This document shows positions 24,808 to 39,800 of a DNA stretch of 64,000 nt, one piece after another. The stretch's first letter is position 1. Each line of letters starts with the position of its first letter. The notes under the pieces are model-generated. The model was not told the DNA's origin and ran no database searches. It was given only the letters and a program-made list of their open reading frames with translations. The stretch is from NCBI GenBank assembly GCA_905178155.1, contig CAJINV010000002.1, positions 9,373,412 to 9,437,411 of the forward strand, in the 5' to 3' direction. A program made the translations under genes and the position numbers. This stretch comes from Amoebophrya sp. A120. Its lineage: Eukaryota > Protista > Dinoflagellata.

Positions 24808-27800
24808 ATGAACGAGAACTCAGACAGTCCCCCCGCAAATCGAAACACCAGTACCCACTTCAACGACGCCCGAGGTGACTCCAACGATGATGGTGCGGGC
24901 GAAAGTAACACTAGGAACACAAACCAGAACAGCGCGTCCCTGGTCTTTGACGCCTCTTTCTTCCGCGAGGCCAGTGCCGCCTCCACAGCGGAACTGAACT
25001 TCCAGGTAGTTCGACCAGAGTGCCCAAGTGGCTCGCTTTCGCAAAATTCTGAATTGGGCTACAGTATATTGCCTTCCGGAGGTCGTGGTGCCTCTTCCCC
25101 CGCCGTAGGAGTTTGCGAGCAGCACCTCGAATGCAGCGATGAAGGGATCGCGGATCATCTGCCCGCCTTGGGTGGTCACCGCGGTTCCCAGGACGATAAC
25201 CCTGAAGTCTCCTCTGCCTCCCACTCGGTGTCGTCTAGGGATGTGCGTGCGAGTGCCGCCGGTGCTGCCAAGTCGCCGCCGGCAGGAAATTCGGCTTTGT
25301 CCTCCGGCAGTAGTGACGAAAACGCACCAGCTGGCGATCTCCATGAAGAAAGAGAAGCTGCTGCGAATCATGATCAAACCGGCGCGAGAACTACCGCACA
25401 TAGGGCGGACGAGGAGCGCTACGAACGGCACGAACAAGGTCCACTTGAGCAGGCCCACCACCAGCAGCTCGTGCTCCACCCTGGTCGCGGATCCGGCTCG
25501 GGAACAAGTAGCTGCTATAGGTCTTCCGGCTCGACGGACTCAGCTCTGCCAAAGACGACGACCAAAGAAATCCACTCCAGTGCCTCTTCCAGCGCTGGCA
25601 ATCACAACGATGCTGATGGCAACAACGGCATGCTGATCAGAAATCGTGACGAAATCAAGCAACAACTTGATAACTATAATTACGAAGACCGCAGTAATGA
25701 TTTTGTTGAGAATAACGAGCTCGAGGACAGCGGCTCCCCCGAACGTGGCGCCGCAGTAGGGAATTTTTGTAATGACCAAAACGGTTTCAACAATAGCCGA
25801 AACAACTACAACTTGTTTCCTCCACGGAATGTGCTGGAAAGCATTCCGGAGGGAGAAAAGCTCGAGTCCTCTGGTACGCCTGAGGATGCCGTCCCGTACC
25901 ACCTGCGCCGGGGAGACCACATGTATTCGGAAATTAACAGCAGCTGCATGACCAGCCACGGGAACCGGCTGCTAAACACGGCAAACGCGGACTACGAGGG
26001 CGGCGAGCTGGACCGGGACTGTAGCGACAGTGGCAGTCTGCTATCCAACAAAAAAAGATGGTAGGTGTAAAATCTGTGATGCGCAACATGCAGCAAGATG
26101 ATTGCGTCTGTCACTGTCATCATGCTGGTCATGCATTGTAAAATTTGTTCATTTTTAGATCGCGTTTTCACGTACTATCTACGCACGACAGGCTTTTCCT
26201 GTCGTGCCAGACAGATTTGTAGTGCTGTTCCGCCACAAAAGTTACACCTACAATCTTTTTTTCTTGGATATCTGCCCACCTTCGCCAACTACCAGGCGCC
26301 CAACAACACCGAGCACACCATTGGGCCGCGAGTTTACCCTTTGCTACACGACCCGCGATATGGGGAGCAGGACCTAAACCACTGTGGTCACGACCCACTA
26401 GGCGACCGCGATATTAATCCCATGCACTACTATCAGATGGATCAAGGTGGTCAAAATCAAGGCCTGTATCTTCATCCGCACAATTACGGAGGTGCGGCTG
26501 CGCGGGGGATGATGGAAAACCAGCACCCGAACTACATGAATCCGCACGAGCAGCCCGGGCCCCCGCAAGGTGGCGGTCCACCGCAAGGCCAGCTGTACAA
26601 TCATGCAGTAACGTCGGAATCGCCGGGCAACCGGGAACTTTACAACCATTTTGGCACTTCGGAGCAGCAGCAGAACTTGAAACAGAACTTCAATGAAATG
26701 TTCGCCAAGCAGCTGTCAAATGCCATGCTGGGCCGGTCGCGAGGAGGCACCAGCTCGTCGGGCAGCTCCGCCGAAGGGATGAACAGCTGCAATCGGGGAA
26801 GTGGCGGACAGAATTACGTCGGAAGCAGTCGCGCTGCTTCCGGGTCTGATGTAAACCAAATCCTTCCTGCGGTCGCTGAGGAAAAGATTGCTAACGCGAA
26901 TGCAGATGGCGAGGAGATAGTAAACGGTGACCGTGTCGCTTTTGAAAATGATCACCACTTTGCTACTACGGAGAACAAGTTGTACGACAGCGACCTCCCG
27001 CAGGAGGAGCAGCTTCATCCGCATAACATCGCCGTCCTGGCTCCTTACCACCTGCAGAACCACGTGCACCAGTTTGAAACTGCTGCCATTCACCACGTAG
27101 CCCCGCTCCAGCAAGATGCTCACCTTGACGGTCTGCCACAGGAAGAGATGGGTGCGCAACAGCAAATCCAAAACCAAAATCCCGATCATGGTCAAGACGG
27201 GCACAATATCAATTACGAACGAGGCGTAGCTGGAGCAGCTCCAGCGCATTTTTTTCCCAACGCGGCAGGAGATGTTGGTCCTCACCATCAGCAAATGCAA
27301 CAACCACCTGCTGCAAACCAGAACCGGGGCGGCATCCATGATGAGGAGAATCGTGCAGGGGCAGAAGTACCAGACTACAACAATCGTTACCACGTCGGAG
27401 GAGCTCCAGCTGGTCCGTTCGCTGGCGATGTCGGTAGGCCTCCTGCCACTCCTGCTGGTTTGATATGGCCGGTTCAGGAACAGCAAGGGCAAGTAGTTGG
27501 GCAACATCATCAGCACGAAGGTTACATGCACGGTGCAGCGTTGCATCAAAATCCACATGCGCAGCCTTTTTTCGATTCGCGCGCGACTGAGGAACACGAC
27601 GGGGCAGCTGCCCAACCTCGCCAGCAACAGCCCCTCGTCTCTCCGGGACAACACGACAGTAATCTCCTCCTTCCTCAGCATGATTTCCACCAAAACCACC
27701 ACGGGGAGCCCGAAGAACGAGTTTTCAAACCTCCAAAACTCCTGAGTGGGCGACATCGTCATCAGAACAATTTTTACCACGACCCACACTACCGCCCGGG

Positions 27801-30800
27801 ACATCATCCACGGCAACCCCCGCCTGGGCGCCACCACGGGCGACCAGCCGCACCGCCTCCGGCGCGTTTGTTACCCGGGGGCGCCGTAGAGGGCGTCACG
27901 CCAGGCGCCGTGAAACAGAAACAGTGCGGCGAAGACATTTTCGGGAAACAAGAAGTGCTTCCGAAACGCCCACAGGAGGCGGGAATAGCGAGTGGGGAAA
28001 ACAAGTTGATCAATCCCATGGCGGATTACCACCAAACGGACCTGGCGGGGCCCGTGGAAGAGGGCGAAGTCCTGCTCACAAACACGGACTGGGACGAGCT
28101 GATTGCTGCCTGTACGGAATTTCAAACTCCAGCGGAGCTGCTCGATCCGGCTCTCTTTCGCCACCAACAGGAGCAACATAAGCAACACGCGCAGCGACCA
28201 AAGGACAACAAAAACGCGGCCGACAATAAAGGAAAAAAAGTTCATTATGACGCCGCTGCGGTAGCAGCAAAACCAGAGGAAAAGGGAGAACAAAAAATTT
28301 TGCATCTCGAAGATTGTGCCCTTAAAGTGGAAGAAGTGAAGCGCGCGGCACGTGCTTCTCATGTTGTTGACCAGCAACAGAATAATCCTCCCGAAGCGGA
28401 TGCGAAAGAGACTCCAGAAGCGGATGCTCAAGCTCCTGCTCCTGGAGGTGCCCCCAGCAGTAATAAACTACAGGGTTCTTCCTGTAAGCAGGGACAAGAA
28501 GGCGGCCAGATGTTGTTGAATAAAGAACACGACCAGAACAATGGTCCAGCACCCGCTGCCCCCTCCAGCTCCGGTGATGACGACAATAATCACCACGCGT
28601 CCGTGAATTTGAATGCGCACAACGGAGTTGCGCAACAGGAGCGAAACCCGCAGGAAAGCGACGAGCAGTCCAAAGAACACAACGTGAGCAAGTACAGCAC
28701 CACCAACACCTGCCGCACCATGAAGCTGCACTCGGGGTCATTCATCTTCTGCAACCTAATCGGGAAGGGTGGCAGCGCGGAGGTGTACGAAGTGCTGCAG
28801 CAAAAGACGCAAACGCGCTACGCCATGAAGGTGGTCACCACGCGGCACGAGAAGCACTTCCAGAGCGCGTTGGACGAGGTGAGACTGCTGCGAAGGTTCA
28901 AAAAGTCGAAGCACATCATCCGGTACTTCGGCTGCCGCACCTACCCGCAGAACAATAAGCTGTTCATTCTCCTGCAGTACGCGGACACGGACTTCCAGCA
29001 GTACATGAAAATGTTCCTGCCCCGCTGGAAGGGCAAGGACGACGAGGAGTACGACAAGTGGAAGAAAGCGCAGCGCAAACGGGGAATCTACACGAAGCCC
29101 ACGGGGCCGGAGGGCAAGATTCTGGAGCTGGAGGAGCAGTTTGCAAACGAAACGAACGGCCTACCGTTGGACGAAATCATCGCCGCCTGGGCACAGATGA
29201 CGGAGGCCGTGGCGCTGATCCACAAGGTTGGCGTCGTGCACTTTGACCTGAAACCCGCGAATTTCCTCGTTTTCATTCCCGACCGCAACAACGCGCGCAA
29301 GATCCGCATAAAGCTCTCCGACTTTGGCCTGGCGAAAGCCATCGACCAAGACAAAACGCACATCTCGCGAATGGAAGAGGTATATATTTATAAAAGCTGA
29401 ATCTATAGATATTTTAGTTCATTAGGCTGGTGCTGCGGAATGGAAATTGTCTTCGTTCGAGTTGGTTCGCTTTCGAGACACGTGATTTCTCCTATGACCA
29501 CAGACTTAACGACAGTCAACATGATTCCGCGAGGACGCCTCCGGATCAAACGAATGACTTTTTCGATATTTTGAACAATTACAGTGCGGTACGTGGCGAT
29601 ACGTCGCACCGGAAGCGCTGTGGCAACCTGAGCAGCTGTTTAGCAGCTTCAAGCTGAAAGCCTCCACCGACATTTGGTCGCTTGGCGTGATTCTGTACGG
29701 GCTGATTCACCTTCGCACTCCGTTCGAGCACTTGGAGTGCAGCAACAAGCTGCTATTCGCCATCACAGACCCGCGACAAGAAGTTCAGTTCCCAGACAAC
29801 AAGTTCACTTTGGACTACAAGCAAAAGAAAGACGAACATCTGCAGGAAAAAGCGCGGGAAGCGGAGCGGCAAAGGGCGCGAGCGCGTCTGAACCAAACCT
29901 TCTTGAAGTTCGGCTCATCTTTCAGCGGAGCCGGAGGCAATGGCGAAATCAGGCTGAAAGATTGTGCCAGCGCGATGTCCAAAGTAGATGAAAAAGCGAA
30001 GTCATCTCCTGCCGGAACCGCAGAAGATGGTCTTCTTGTCGCCGCGAAAATAGGAGCGAGCGGCGATCCAGAAAATCATGTGAACGACGTCGGTATGATC
30101 TGCGATCCAGTAGTGGGAGTTGGTCTAGCGTCGGGGAAGAGAGAACAACAGAATCTCTCGTCTGGTGTGAACACTGGCAGCACTGCGGATTCGAGCTCGA
30201 AGGCGAATGGTTCTTCCAACCCCACCGGAAGTCTGGATCCGTTGCAGCGAAGCGACGCGTCTCAGTCGTCGTCCGCGGACGGAGCATCCGGAGCCGAAGA
30301 TCTTCAGGATGTTGAGGAAAACAAAATCAATATCGAGCAAGTCGAGAAAGATTACGACAAATTTGAGCACCTGAACTTTCTGCTGCAGATGTGTCTGGAG
30401 CGCAAACCTGAGGAGCGGTTCACGGCCGCCCAGGTTCTGCAGGGACTGAAATTGATCCTCGCGGACGCTGGCCAGGACCGTTCCGCCGGCGGGCCGCTGT
30501 GGGAAGTGGGAAAAGACAACAGACCGGATGAGGCTACGGAGCAGTTCGAGCAGCCCAACCACGCGACCGCCGCGAAAATCACGCTTTGCTTTCCGTTGAC
30601 GAAGACGTTGAAGCAGGGTCCACGGCGCCCCATCGAGGGCAACGACGCCACCCTGGTGTTCTATGAAAACCTCCCTCGCACGCACCGCTTTGATCTTGCG
30701 GCGATCCTGGAAGCCGCAGCTGAGCAGCAAGACCGCGACGCAGCCTCATCGAACGGAAAGCCCGACCCGGCAACTCCAGCAGAGGAGAGAGCCGCACTAA

Positions 30801-33800
30801 AAGACCCAGCGCCGGCGGTTGCCGATTTACAAAATCCAGGTGGAAATGATGTTGTCCCTAACGATGAGATGAACATGGCCAGTGGAGAGAAAAATCCTAC
30901 TACCTCGCCCGGCGGGGACAAGAGTTCCATGGCCTTGACGAGAGAAAATTTGTCTTTGCTAAACAAGGCAACTGGATGGTCCGAAGAGCAGCGGACGTTG
31001 CTCTCCGGCGACAAAGAAGCGGGCAATTGCAAATATTATGCTAGTGAAAAGGAACCCCTTGTCGCAAACGGCGATGCGGCCGAGGCGAAATCGGGCGATA
31101 TGCTGAGCGAGGAAAACGCGAAGGCGGCAGAGCTCTCGGAGACCAAAAGAAAACTCATAGTATTCGGCTCGATCATAGGCGCCTTCGTTTTGGTTTCTGT
31201 AGTCCTCCTCGTCGTCCTGGCACTGCATTTCAGGTGGTTTAGCGCAGCGGAACCCGAACAACCACCCGCGCCCACGCCTGAGAACACCGATCCTTCGGCC
31301 AGAGGGGCCGGGACGAACCGGCATAGAGCAAAATTGGGCGCCCTGAACTCCTTCTTTCAGGCGCAGCCGCGGCTCTTCGAGCCGGTGGTCGTCTCCAGTG
31401 GAGTGTCCTACAGCAAGAGGGAAGCAGGACTACTCTGCCAGCACGTGACGGACGTGGACGTCGACAAGTGCTTCGACAAGGTGAATCCACACATTGAGCT
31501 CGAGTATGCCCCGCAAACCACTCGGACCGCATCTCACCACCAGCAGCCTGGGGCTAGGACGACAGGAGGAGCAGCTGGTGCAACTACAACTAGCCCCCGG
31601 CAGCAACGCGCCGCAATAGATGTAGTTGTGCATCATCGAAACATGCAGGCCGCGAACGCGGACACAAGCACACCGCCAGCATCAGCGGTGGAACCTCCAC
31701 CTCTGCCGAAGTTCGTTCCGATCTCTTTTCCCAATGTCGCCTACAATCTTCTTTTCAAACATTGGAACGACCGCGAACACACGGACGCGCACTTCCTGGA
31801 CGCCGCCAATCCCCCCATCCTGCTGCGCTGCCGGGCACTGCGGGTGGTGGTCGAGGAGCATCACCGAGAGGACCGCCGACTAGTCGTCCTCGACGAAAGT
31901 CAACCGGAGCCGGTCCTGTGCCGGTACCCGGTCGTCGACGACCGCGGCCGATCGTTCGACAGCGAGGAGGTGTACCGAAGCACGATTCCGGTGGTGATTC
32001 GCGAAGCGAATACGCGAACAAGAGGCGCCGGCCGCGTTGTCAATGCACCCGCGAGTGGTCTGCAGCCGGGGGCCGTGCGGGCCGCGGGAGCGGGGGCGGC
32101 GCAGTACAGCTACAAAAAACTGTACCGCAACGACGGACTGAAGAAGGCCGGTGATGCCTGGAAGCAACTGCATGCGCTGGAAATCGCGCCGGACGTGCAA
32201 GTGCAAAACAGGACACCTCCCGCCTCGCGGACGCCGCCCAGTAACCCCGCCCGTCCGAAAGGCAAGCCACATGCTCATTCGGGGCCAGTGCCGCAGCCCG
32301 GAGGTGCCAACAATGTGGGTGTAACGCATGCCGTACCGTCGGCGGTCGCGGTGGTCCCCGTCCCGAAGGCGACAAACCTGCAAGTACAACCACCACCGTC
32401 CAAACCTGCAGCCGCGCAGCCCACCGTCCCGGTTTCGAGTTCGACGCCAGTAGCATCGTCATCTCCGACCCCATCAGCAACATCTTTGCTGACACCTAGC
32501 GCTGGCGCACTGCCGCAGCAAGGCGCGTCTCCCTCCGCACAAGCAAGTGCAGCACCGACGATGCAAGGAGACGCTACAAGCTCTCAGCAGCAAACTTTCG
32601 CTCCCGCGGCGCAAGAGGGCGCTACCGCCGGATCATTGCCACCAGCGCAGCAAATTTCCATTCCTGCAGCGCAAGGAGGCGCCGCCCCCACCGCCGGTTC
32701 GCCGCAAACCGCTACCCCTCCTGCGACGCACGGGACGGCGCCCGGATTTTCGGCGCAAACCGATGCTCTTACATCGCATGGGAGCGCGACGACAGAGCCA
32801 ACGTCTGCTGGTGCACCAACAGCATTAATATTGCCCTTATCACCTGCACTGCCGGGCTCCAGTAGTTTTCCTGCTGCTTCAGCGCAAGGAGTGGCCCCGG
32901 GAGGACCACATAGTACCGCTGTCCCGTCCACCGTCGCAGAAAACTACTTTTTACCTCCGTTGGCTGCGAACGCGGGAACCATGGCACCTGTGCCGGTGTC
33001 TGGAACTTCCGCAGGCTCTCCTTCCGTCGTGGCGCCACCCCCTACAAGTACAACCCCCGCAATTCCGCCGCGACCTCCATCCGAGCTGGAGCGGCTGCCC
33101 CGCTGCAAGCCGCAAGATTTGGTTTCGGAGCAGGAGCGGGCGCACGAGGCAGGCCCACTGGTGAAAGAGAACTACGACTGGGGCACCGAAGAAGCTGCTC
33201 CCGAAGAAGCTGCATCTGCGGCTCGTCCGGCAAGAAGGCGTGAAAAGGCGTGCGTCACGATTCTGCGAGATGTGATGCTCGACAAGCTGTCTGACAAAGA
33301 GATTGAGCAAATTGTGGCGGAAATCACCCCATACTGGTACGAGTCGAAGTCCGCCAGATCTTCGCCCGCACCGAGCGCGCCGCCGAGTACCGTCGCAACT
33401 GAGGATAGCCTCCCGCTGACGCCAACCAGCCCAGCCGATGCAGACGACGACGGAGGGTGCCCCCCGGCGCAGCGAGGGGACGCCGCACAGGTGAAAGGAC
33501 AACCTCCCGACGAGTTCCACTTGAGACACCAGAATCCTCCCTCGCGCAGCCGCACAGCGTCTCCCCGGAGCCAGACAGAACCAGCCGGCGCCCGGGGATC
33601 CGCGAGCAGCCCGCCCTGCTCGCCCAGATCTGCTTCCTCCGTATCGGCACCGACTGGGAGCAGGGGCAACCACGGAGCCGCGTCGTCCTCGTCCTGGCGA
33701 CCGCAAGAAGATCCCGACGCTAGTGCGCATCAAAGCGCGGCGACCGCCTCCCGGGCGTCGAGCCGCTCATCGACTCGAAATGCGGCGCAAACACGGAGCG

Positions 33801-36800
33801 AATCGATGTCGCCGCTCCGATACCTCTGGAGCAAGATCATGCAGCACAGCTTGCCACGTGGCGGAAATTCTTCGCGGCAAACGGCAAGTGCACGACCATC
33901 GGCCAAGCCAACAACGTACCGCATGTCCATGTGGAGCGCGAGGCCCGATATTGCGTACAATGTCAATGATCGCGAGGTCAAGAACAATCGCAGGTTGCTC
34001 CTGTCTCGGCGGGCTCAAGAGGTCGCGAGTCTTCTGTTGTCTGCCGAAACAACAGTGCTCAGGCTCACGTGGACCGGTACCGTCTCCCCTGCCGCGCCGG
34101 CTCCACCAGGCACCGAAGTGCCGCATGGAGGCGAAGCAGCTGCCGCGGAACAAGAAGGCGAAGTACAAGGAGCAGGCGAAGACCACTCAGAACAGAGCGC
34201 GAGGAAAAAGGCGATCTTACGCGAGCTCACGGTTGAGGAATTCACTGCGGTCATGCTGGTGCGACTGGGGCGACTTGGGTTCGAGGACCCTGCTCTGCAA
34301 CAGGACACGGACCGGCACGGAAATCCCTACCTGTCCGTGGATACGCGCAACGAGCAGGAGCAGAGCAACTGGTCCTGGTTGCATCGCAATTTGGATGACG
34401 ACATAGATGAGCTTGAATCGAAAGCGAACCGCAACAACCCTCTCATCCCTCTTGACAATCACAACACTCGGTTTCTGACGAACGTGATCGCACCCCGTTT
34501 AGGAGATGCTGCATTCAAGTGTGACGCAGCGGACCGCAGAAGGTACGAGAAGCTGTTGGAGTGGGCGCAGGATAAGTACGAGAAAAGCGCCAGTCTTCCC
34601 GTTTTATATGGGTTGAGCGACAGCCTGGGGCGAGACACTGCCAGAAGAACCCAGAAGAGGGCCCAGCAAGGCGACCTGGAAGACGTGACGCGACCGAACA
34701 GGCCGCAGACATACGAACAACCTAAAGAAGATCTGTGCGAGGTATCTTCCAGTGTGCCCGTTGCGTATTGGGCGTCGTTTCCCTTATGGCCGCGCAAGGA
34801 ACGCCGCAAGCGAACCGTTGATGACCAGCGAACCGTTGATGAGTACCACAAACAATGGTCAAAGCTGGCCACCCGGATTGCCTGCGGAGACCGGAGGTCG
34901 CTGCTACCCAGAGACGCAGCCAGTTTGGTCTACTCCCTCGTCGTTTGGTCTCCGTACGAGGGTCGTAGAGAGACACAATCACAAACAGCTTCCCAAATAA
35001 ACTTTGGAAACCTGCGCATGGACCTCAACAAAGTTTCAGGCCCGATCATCGGGCAGGACCTGGAGCTGGAATGGAAGCGGCAACAAGTGCAGACGGTCTG
35101 GGCCTGGTGGCGGACTTGGCAAGAAAAGTACTTTGGACACAGAGACCGGAACCATGACGAATTGTTCCGCGATTTTTTGCGGACACACATCGCCGGGCCA
35201 GAAAGTTTTTTTAGCCGCCGGCTGTTATCCCGAGCGACCACGATTCAGCGCGTCTTGCTCGACGAGAGTCGCCGGGAGCGCTCCTGGTTTGGCGGCCTCT
35301 ACCCCACCTGCAGAGGGGGGTACTTTGGCGGCTTTCCAACTTGGCGCAGCTTCGAAGCAAATCTGCTAGTGCAATACCGGCGCCTAATGCGACGCCGCCT
35401 ACACATCGAAGACGATCTCGCGGACCCAAAGGAACAAGCGCAGTGGAAAGATGCAAAAAAGCCGTTGAACAGGCGCTCCGACGAGATGGGCTGGGTCACT
35501 AAGGCTTACCGAAAGTCTTTGTGGATGTGGTTTTTTCATCGGCCCAAGTTTTGGAACGCGCACGAAAGTCCTACCCCCGCCAAGACCGCGGGCCGCGAGT
35601 CCGCGGACGCCGCACCGGTTCAGGACCCGTCCCCTGCCGCTGCCACTGACGGTGGGATGCCCGGCCGGAATTCGGAGAACGAACCCAATATACGGTGGAA
35701 AAGATGGGTGCCGGACGCCAGCGAAGACTATAGACTTGAACGTTCTGCGGAGCTCTATCGGCACCTCCGCTTGGTGGAGGAATACGGGTATGGCAACGGC
35801 AAGAAGCCTCATCAAGTCTTTACGGTGCGTCAGCAACGAACCGCGGCTGGACTCCGCATGCCGAAGTACGGTGTTAAGGAAGCAATTGACGGCACACTCG
35901 AGGAGAGTGACGGGTACAAAGCTTACGTCGCGTCAAAGCAGAAGGACTTGGACGCCGCACGACAAAAGCGGGCGTGGGACAACGATTCCGAGGATGCGGG
36001 GTATTTTCGGAAACTGCTGGCTCGGCGTGACCCCGAGACCTTCCTAGAACGGCTTCCGGGGGACGAGTTCGTTCGCTTCCTTCTCTTCCGCGCTCGGCAG
36101 ATTAAAACAACTGAAGGGGCTAGCCCAAAATACGCGAAATACTGGCACGTCGACGAGGGACGTGACTACGACAATTTGTGGAACACCGTGGTCCAGCAGA
36201 AGGATGAGATCAACCACATGCGCGACCTTTTCGTGCACCACCTGCTAAAGCCCTTCCAGTCCATCCACCGGTTCGACAACGCCGCGAACGACCCGTCCAC
36301 GCTGGACGGAAAGAGCCGCGAAAAAATGAAATGGGAAGAACAAGTGCCCGCTGATGCCGCGGACGGAAGAACCGTGCGCGCGGCCTGCGACTCTTCGCGC
36401 TACCGCACAGTGTGGCGACGGCGGGAGGAGTACCCTCTCCGTGGTAAACGCAGGGAGCATCAATATTATAGCGAAGAAGGTGAAGACATGACCTACATGC
36501 GTGGAGCTGGACGCAGGAGCAGCATCGGCCCCGAAGATAAAATCAGTACGCCGCAGTTCTACCCGGATCCAAGGGTGGCGCTTGAAGATTTTCACGAAGG
36601 CCCTTCGCAACAAGACGGTGAACAAATCCGTGTCGTGTTCAACACACAACAATCCAATCCTCCATGGACGCAGGACCGCGGGGTTTTGCCCGTTTGTCTT
36701 CGGGATCGGTTTTTCGATAGCCAAGATCGTACGGACGTCGAAGCCAAAAAAGAATTAGACGACGACGAGAGGGATTTCGTCGAGGCCCCCGACGCATTGA

Positions 36801-39800
36801 CCGCTGTCATCCCTCTGCTCGCGGGGGGGGCGGAGGAGCGCGAGAGTCATGGGTACGGTCTTTTCAGTGAACTCTCCACAACCGATGCAGATGTAAAAAG
36901 GCGGGGCGAGTGGCTGAAAAGGCACGGGGCGCTCGGACTTCCGGGCGATTTCGGATTTCTGCGTCACGTGGTGTACTCACCACCCGATGCAACTTCTATG
37001 AACCAGGATTCCCGTCTGCCACACATTTCTGAGCTTCTGGATCGCGCTTCCGACTTTTTCCTCCACGACACGTACAGCGTCCTGCCAACGCCGGCAGGCA
37101 CAGTGACCGACCCCGCCGTGGCCTGGTCCCAGCAGTACGAGGAAGTACGCGTGTGGAATGTTCCAAATCTCGGCCTCCTTGAGGAGGTACGGCTGCGCGA
37201 CGGCACAACATCATCCTCGTGGGCCTGGCATCCGCGCGACCTCCGACTGCCTCTGCGGTCCTGCACCGCCGGTCGAGACGGCTATCTGTCTTACGAAGCG
37301 GCCGCAGAGGCAGAGAGACGCAGGTCTGCCGTAGCGGTGGCCGACGACTCGCGAGAACCTGCTTCTGCCACGCTAGTCAATGAAGTGGAACAACCTGCGG
37401 ACGATAGCCGACGTCGAGAAGATGAACCGCCACCTACTGTTCCTTTTCCGGCTCCTGCCAATGAGCCTGTAAAAGACCAGGGCGGCAAAAACGAGCTGCC
37501 TGTGCAGGAGGGGGAAACTTGCGCCTCAGACCCGCTCCTTTGGAGATACAAGGAGCACGCGTACACCGCCGCGGCCTTGGTGGAGTACGAATGGCCACGG
37601 CTGCTGAAGTCGTTTCGGGAGATCTATTTGAACGGAGACGGACGCAAAAGCGACACTGACACAATTCGGAACGCGAAGGAGCTTGACCCGCGCTTGTACT
37701 ACTACAGCCCCGACCACCACCTCTTCTACCTTGACTACGAGAAGGTTCTGCAATTCGAAGCTCTTGCTCCCCTGCACGCCTCCGCAGTGCGAAGTGTTGA
37801 ACACGGCACAAGTTCTGCAGCCGCGTCCTCGCACAACCAGGAAACCTCCGCACCACGGAGTGTTGATGATGAACAGGGCACAACTACAGCTGCGTCCTCG
37901 ACGCAGGCTCCGCCGCATGATCCTCCGCGTCGCCGCGCCTTCCGATGCCACGCGCATGAAATCACGCCCGATGTTGAGATCCGCGTGCGCGCCGCCGTAG
38001 AAAAAGTGGTACGCGCGCAGTACGAGGAAGCGCTGTTCAGCGGAAGAGGAGCGGACGCTTCAGTGGGGAGGGCGATCGATGACGAAATTGAAACGTTGGT
38101 GGACGACTTAACCTGGCGCAAGGACGAATATTTCGAGCTGTCCCCCCTGCCGGAAAAGTCCCCCGTGCTCAAGTCCCCCCTTCCGGCAAAGCGCATCCTG
38201 GTTAAAATATCGGACCTCGAGTCTACTGGTACTGCGCATGTGCGGCTCGACAGCCCGAGCTTCCCCGCGCACACCTTGAATCCACGACCACCTCGTCTGC
38301 CGGCCCTCCGCAAACAGGACGTGGAGACCGAGCCGCGCAAGGGCCGCAAGTACTTCCAACGCACCAACTACGCGACGCACCATGCCGTACACACGCTGTA
38401 CGGAAAGCACTTAGTCCGTCCAATGCGGGACTGGATCACACTGCCGAAACAGTGGCTCACGCCCGTTGACCCAGTTCTGTCCCTGTGGGTGCGGACCTTC
38501 TTTCAGAGGCACACTCGGTTTGTGCCGGACAGCGATGGAACCGGGGGCGCGGTTGACAGCTTGGCGCGCCTCGTCTTCGCAGATGATGCCCAGAGAGTTG
38601 AAAACGCAGATGACCAGAGTGTTGGCCAACCGCTCCACGCGGTTTTTCGCCCCGGCGCGTCGCCGGATGCGCTCCGAGCGCAACAAATCGGCCTGTACCA
38701 CCTGGAGTTTCTTTCGAAGAAAGGCGAATTGCTTGTGAGCGAAGAGATCCACGGTCCGCTCTACAGTCAGAAAATAGACGACAGTCCGCACGGTCTCCCG
38801 ATCTCATACCAGTGGCTGCCGAGGGTTAGTAAGCTGCTGGAGCTGTCTTCTCCACACGAGGCCCAGACGGCGGATGATCGCCAGTTCGCTCCTTCTGTAC
38901 TGCCCGCGTTTGATCGACCAAACGCGATTACCGTCGTCGGCCAATCGGCTCATCTGCCGCCTCCACGGTCCGTGTTTGTTTCCAGTCAGCACAATGCATT
39001 TGGAACGTCACCGGCCCGAGATCTCCATCCCGCGTTGAAGCGACACAAAGCGGACCGGAGAACGGCACTGCTCATGGGTGAAGAAGCATCCCATTTTCGC
39101 CCTGATTCTAGGGATGACGATGAGCCGCCAGTCAGCAGTCTGTGCTCAAGTCAATCCAACCCGGTTCTGGAAAGATACAGGATTCTGGATAGAACAAAAC
39201 GCGACTGGAAATACGATACCGCGAGTCGGCCTTTGTACCACGTGGTCGCGTTTCCCGAGTGGCCTGCAGCTTCCTCCGCAAGTTCCCGGCAGGCCGGGGG
39301 ACCAGATTCATCATCTCCTGCGTCCGACGCAACTACAGCCGGAACACCTACGCCGAATAAAAAGCACGTACTCTTCCGAGTCACTCCCGCACACCAACAT
39401 CAAGAACGCGACACTAGTGCAACAACAAGAGAATCAACTACCCGTACTAGGCTTCTGTCAGGCGATCCGGTCACAGTAGCTAACCAGCGAGAGCTGGATA
39501 AACTGCTCGACTTGGTTGCAGCGCAACCGACGATTCCTCCCCGCGACGCGGCTGGAAACCCCATAGATGGTGCCGATGCAGTGGCTGATGTTCATCCACC
39601 TCGTCCAGCTAGTGACACTAGGAGGAGTCCACAGGTTGCTACAATTCAACTTTCCTCAGATTCTGCTTCCGCGAATGCAGCACCCGAGTCTGCCCGCTTA
39701 GACCAGGGCTTTCTAGCGCCGACGCCCGTACTCTCCCTGAAGTTCAAGTGCGCGGACGCCGGAAGTCTAGGTTCCTTCTCTGCTCTCGGGATGAATGACA

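Noticed and set aside
26716-27837. Long antisense ORFs (e.g. 373 aa here, 295 aa at 48224, 272 aa at 39901)
   Set aside because: Shadow ORFs opposite GC-rich coding exons, with no recognisable motifs.
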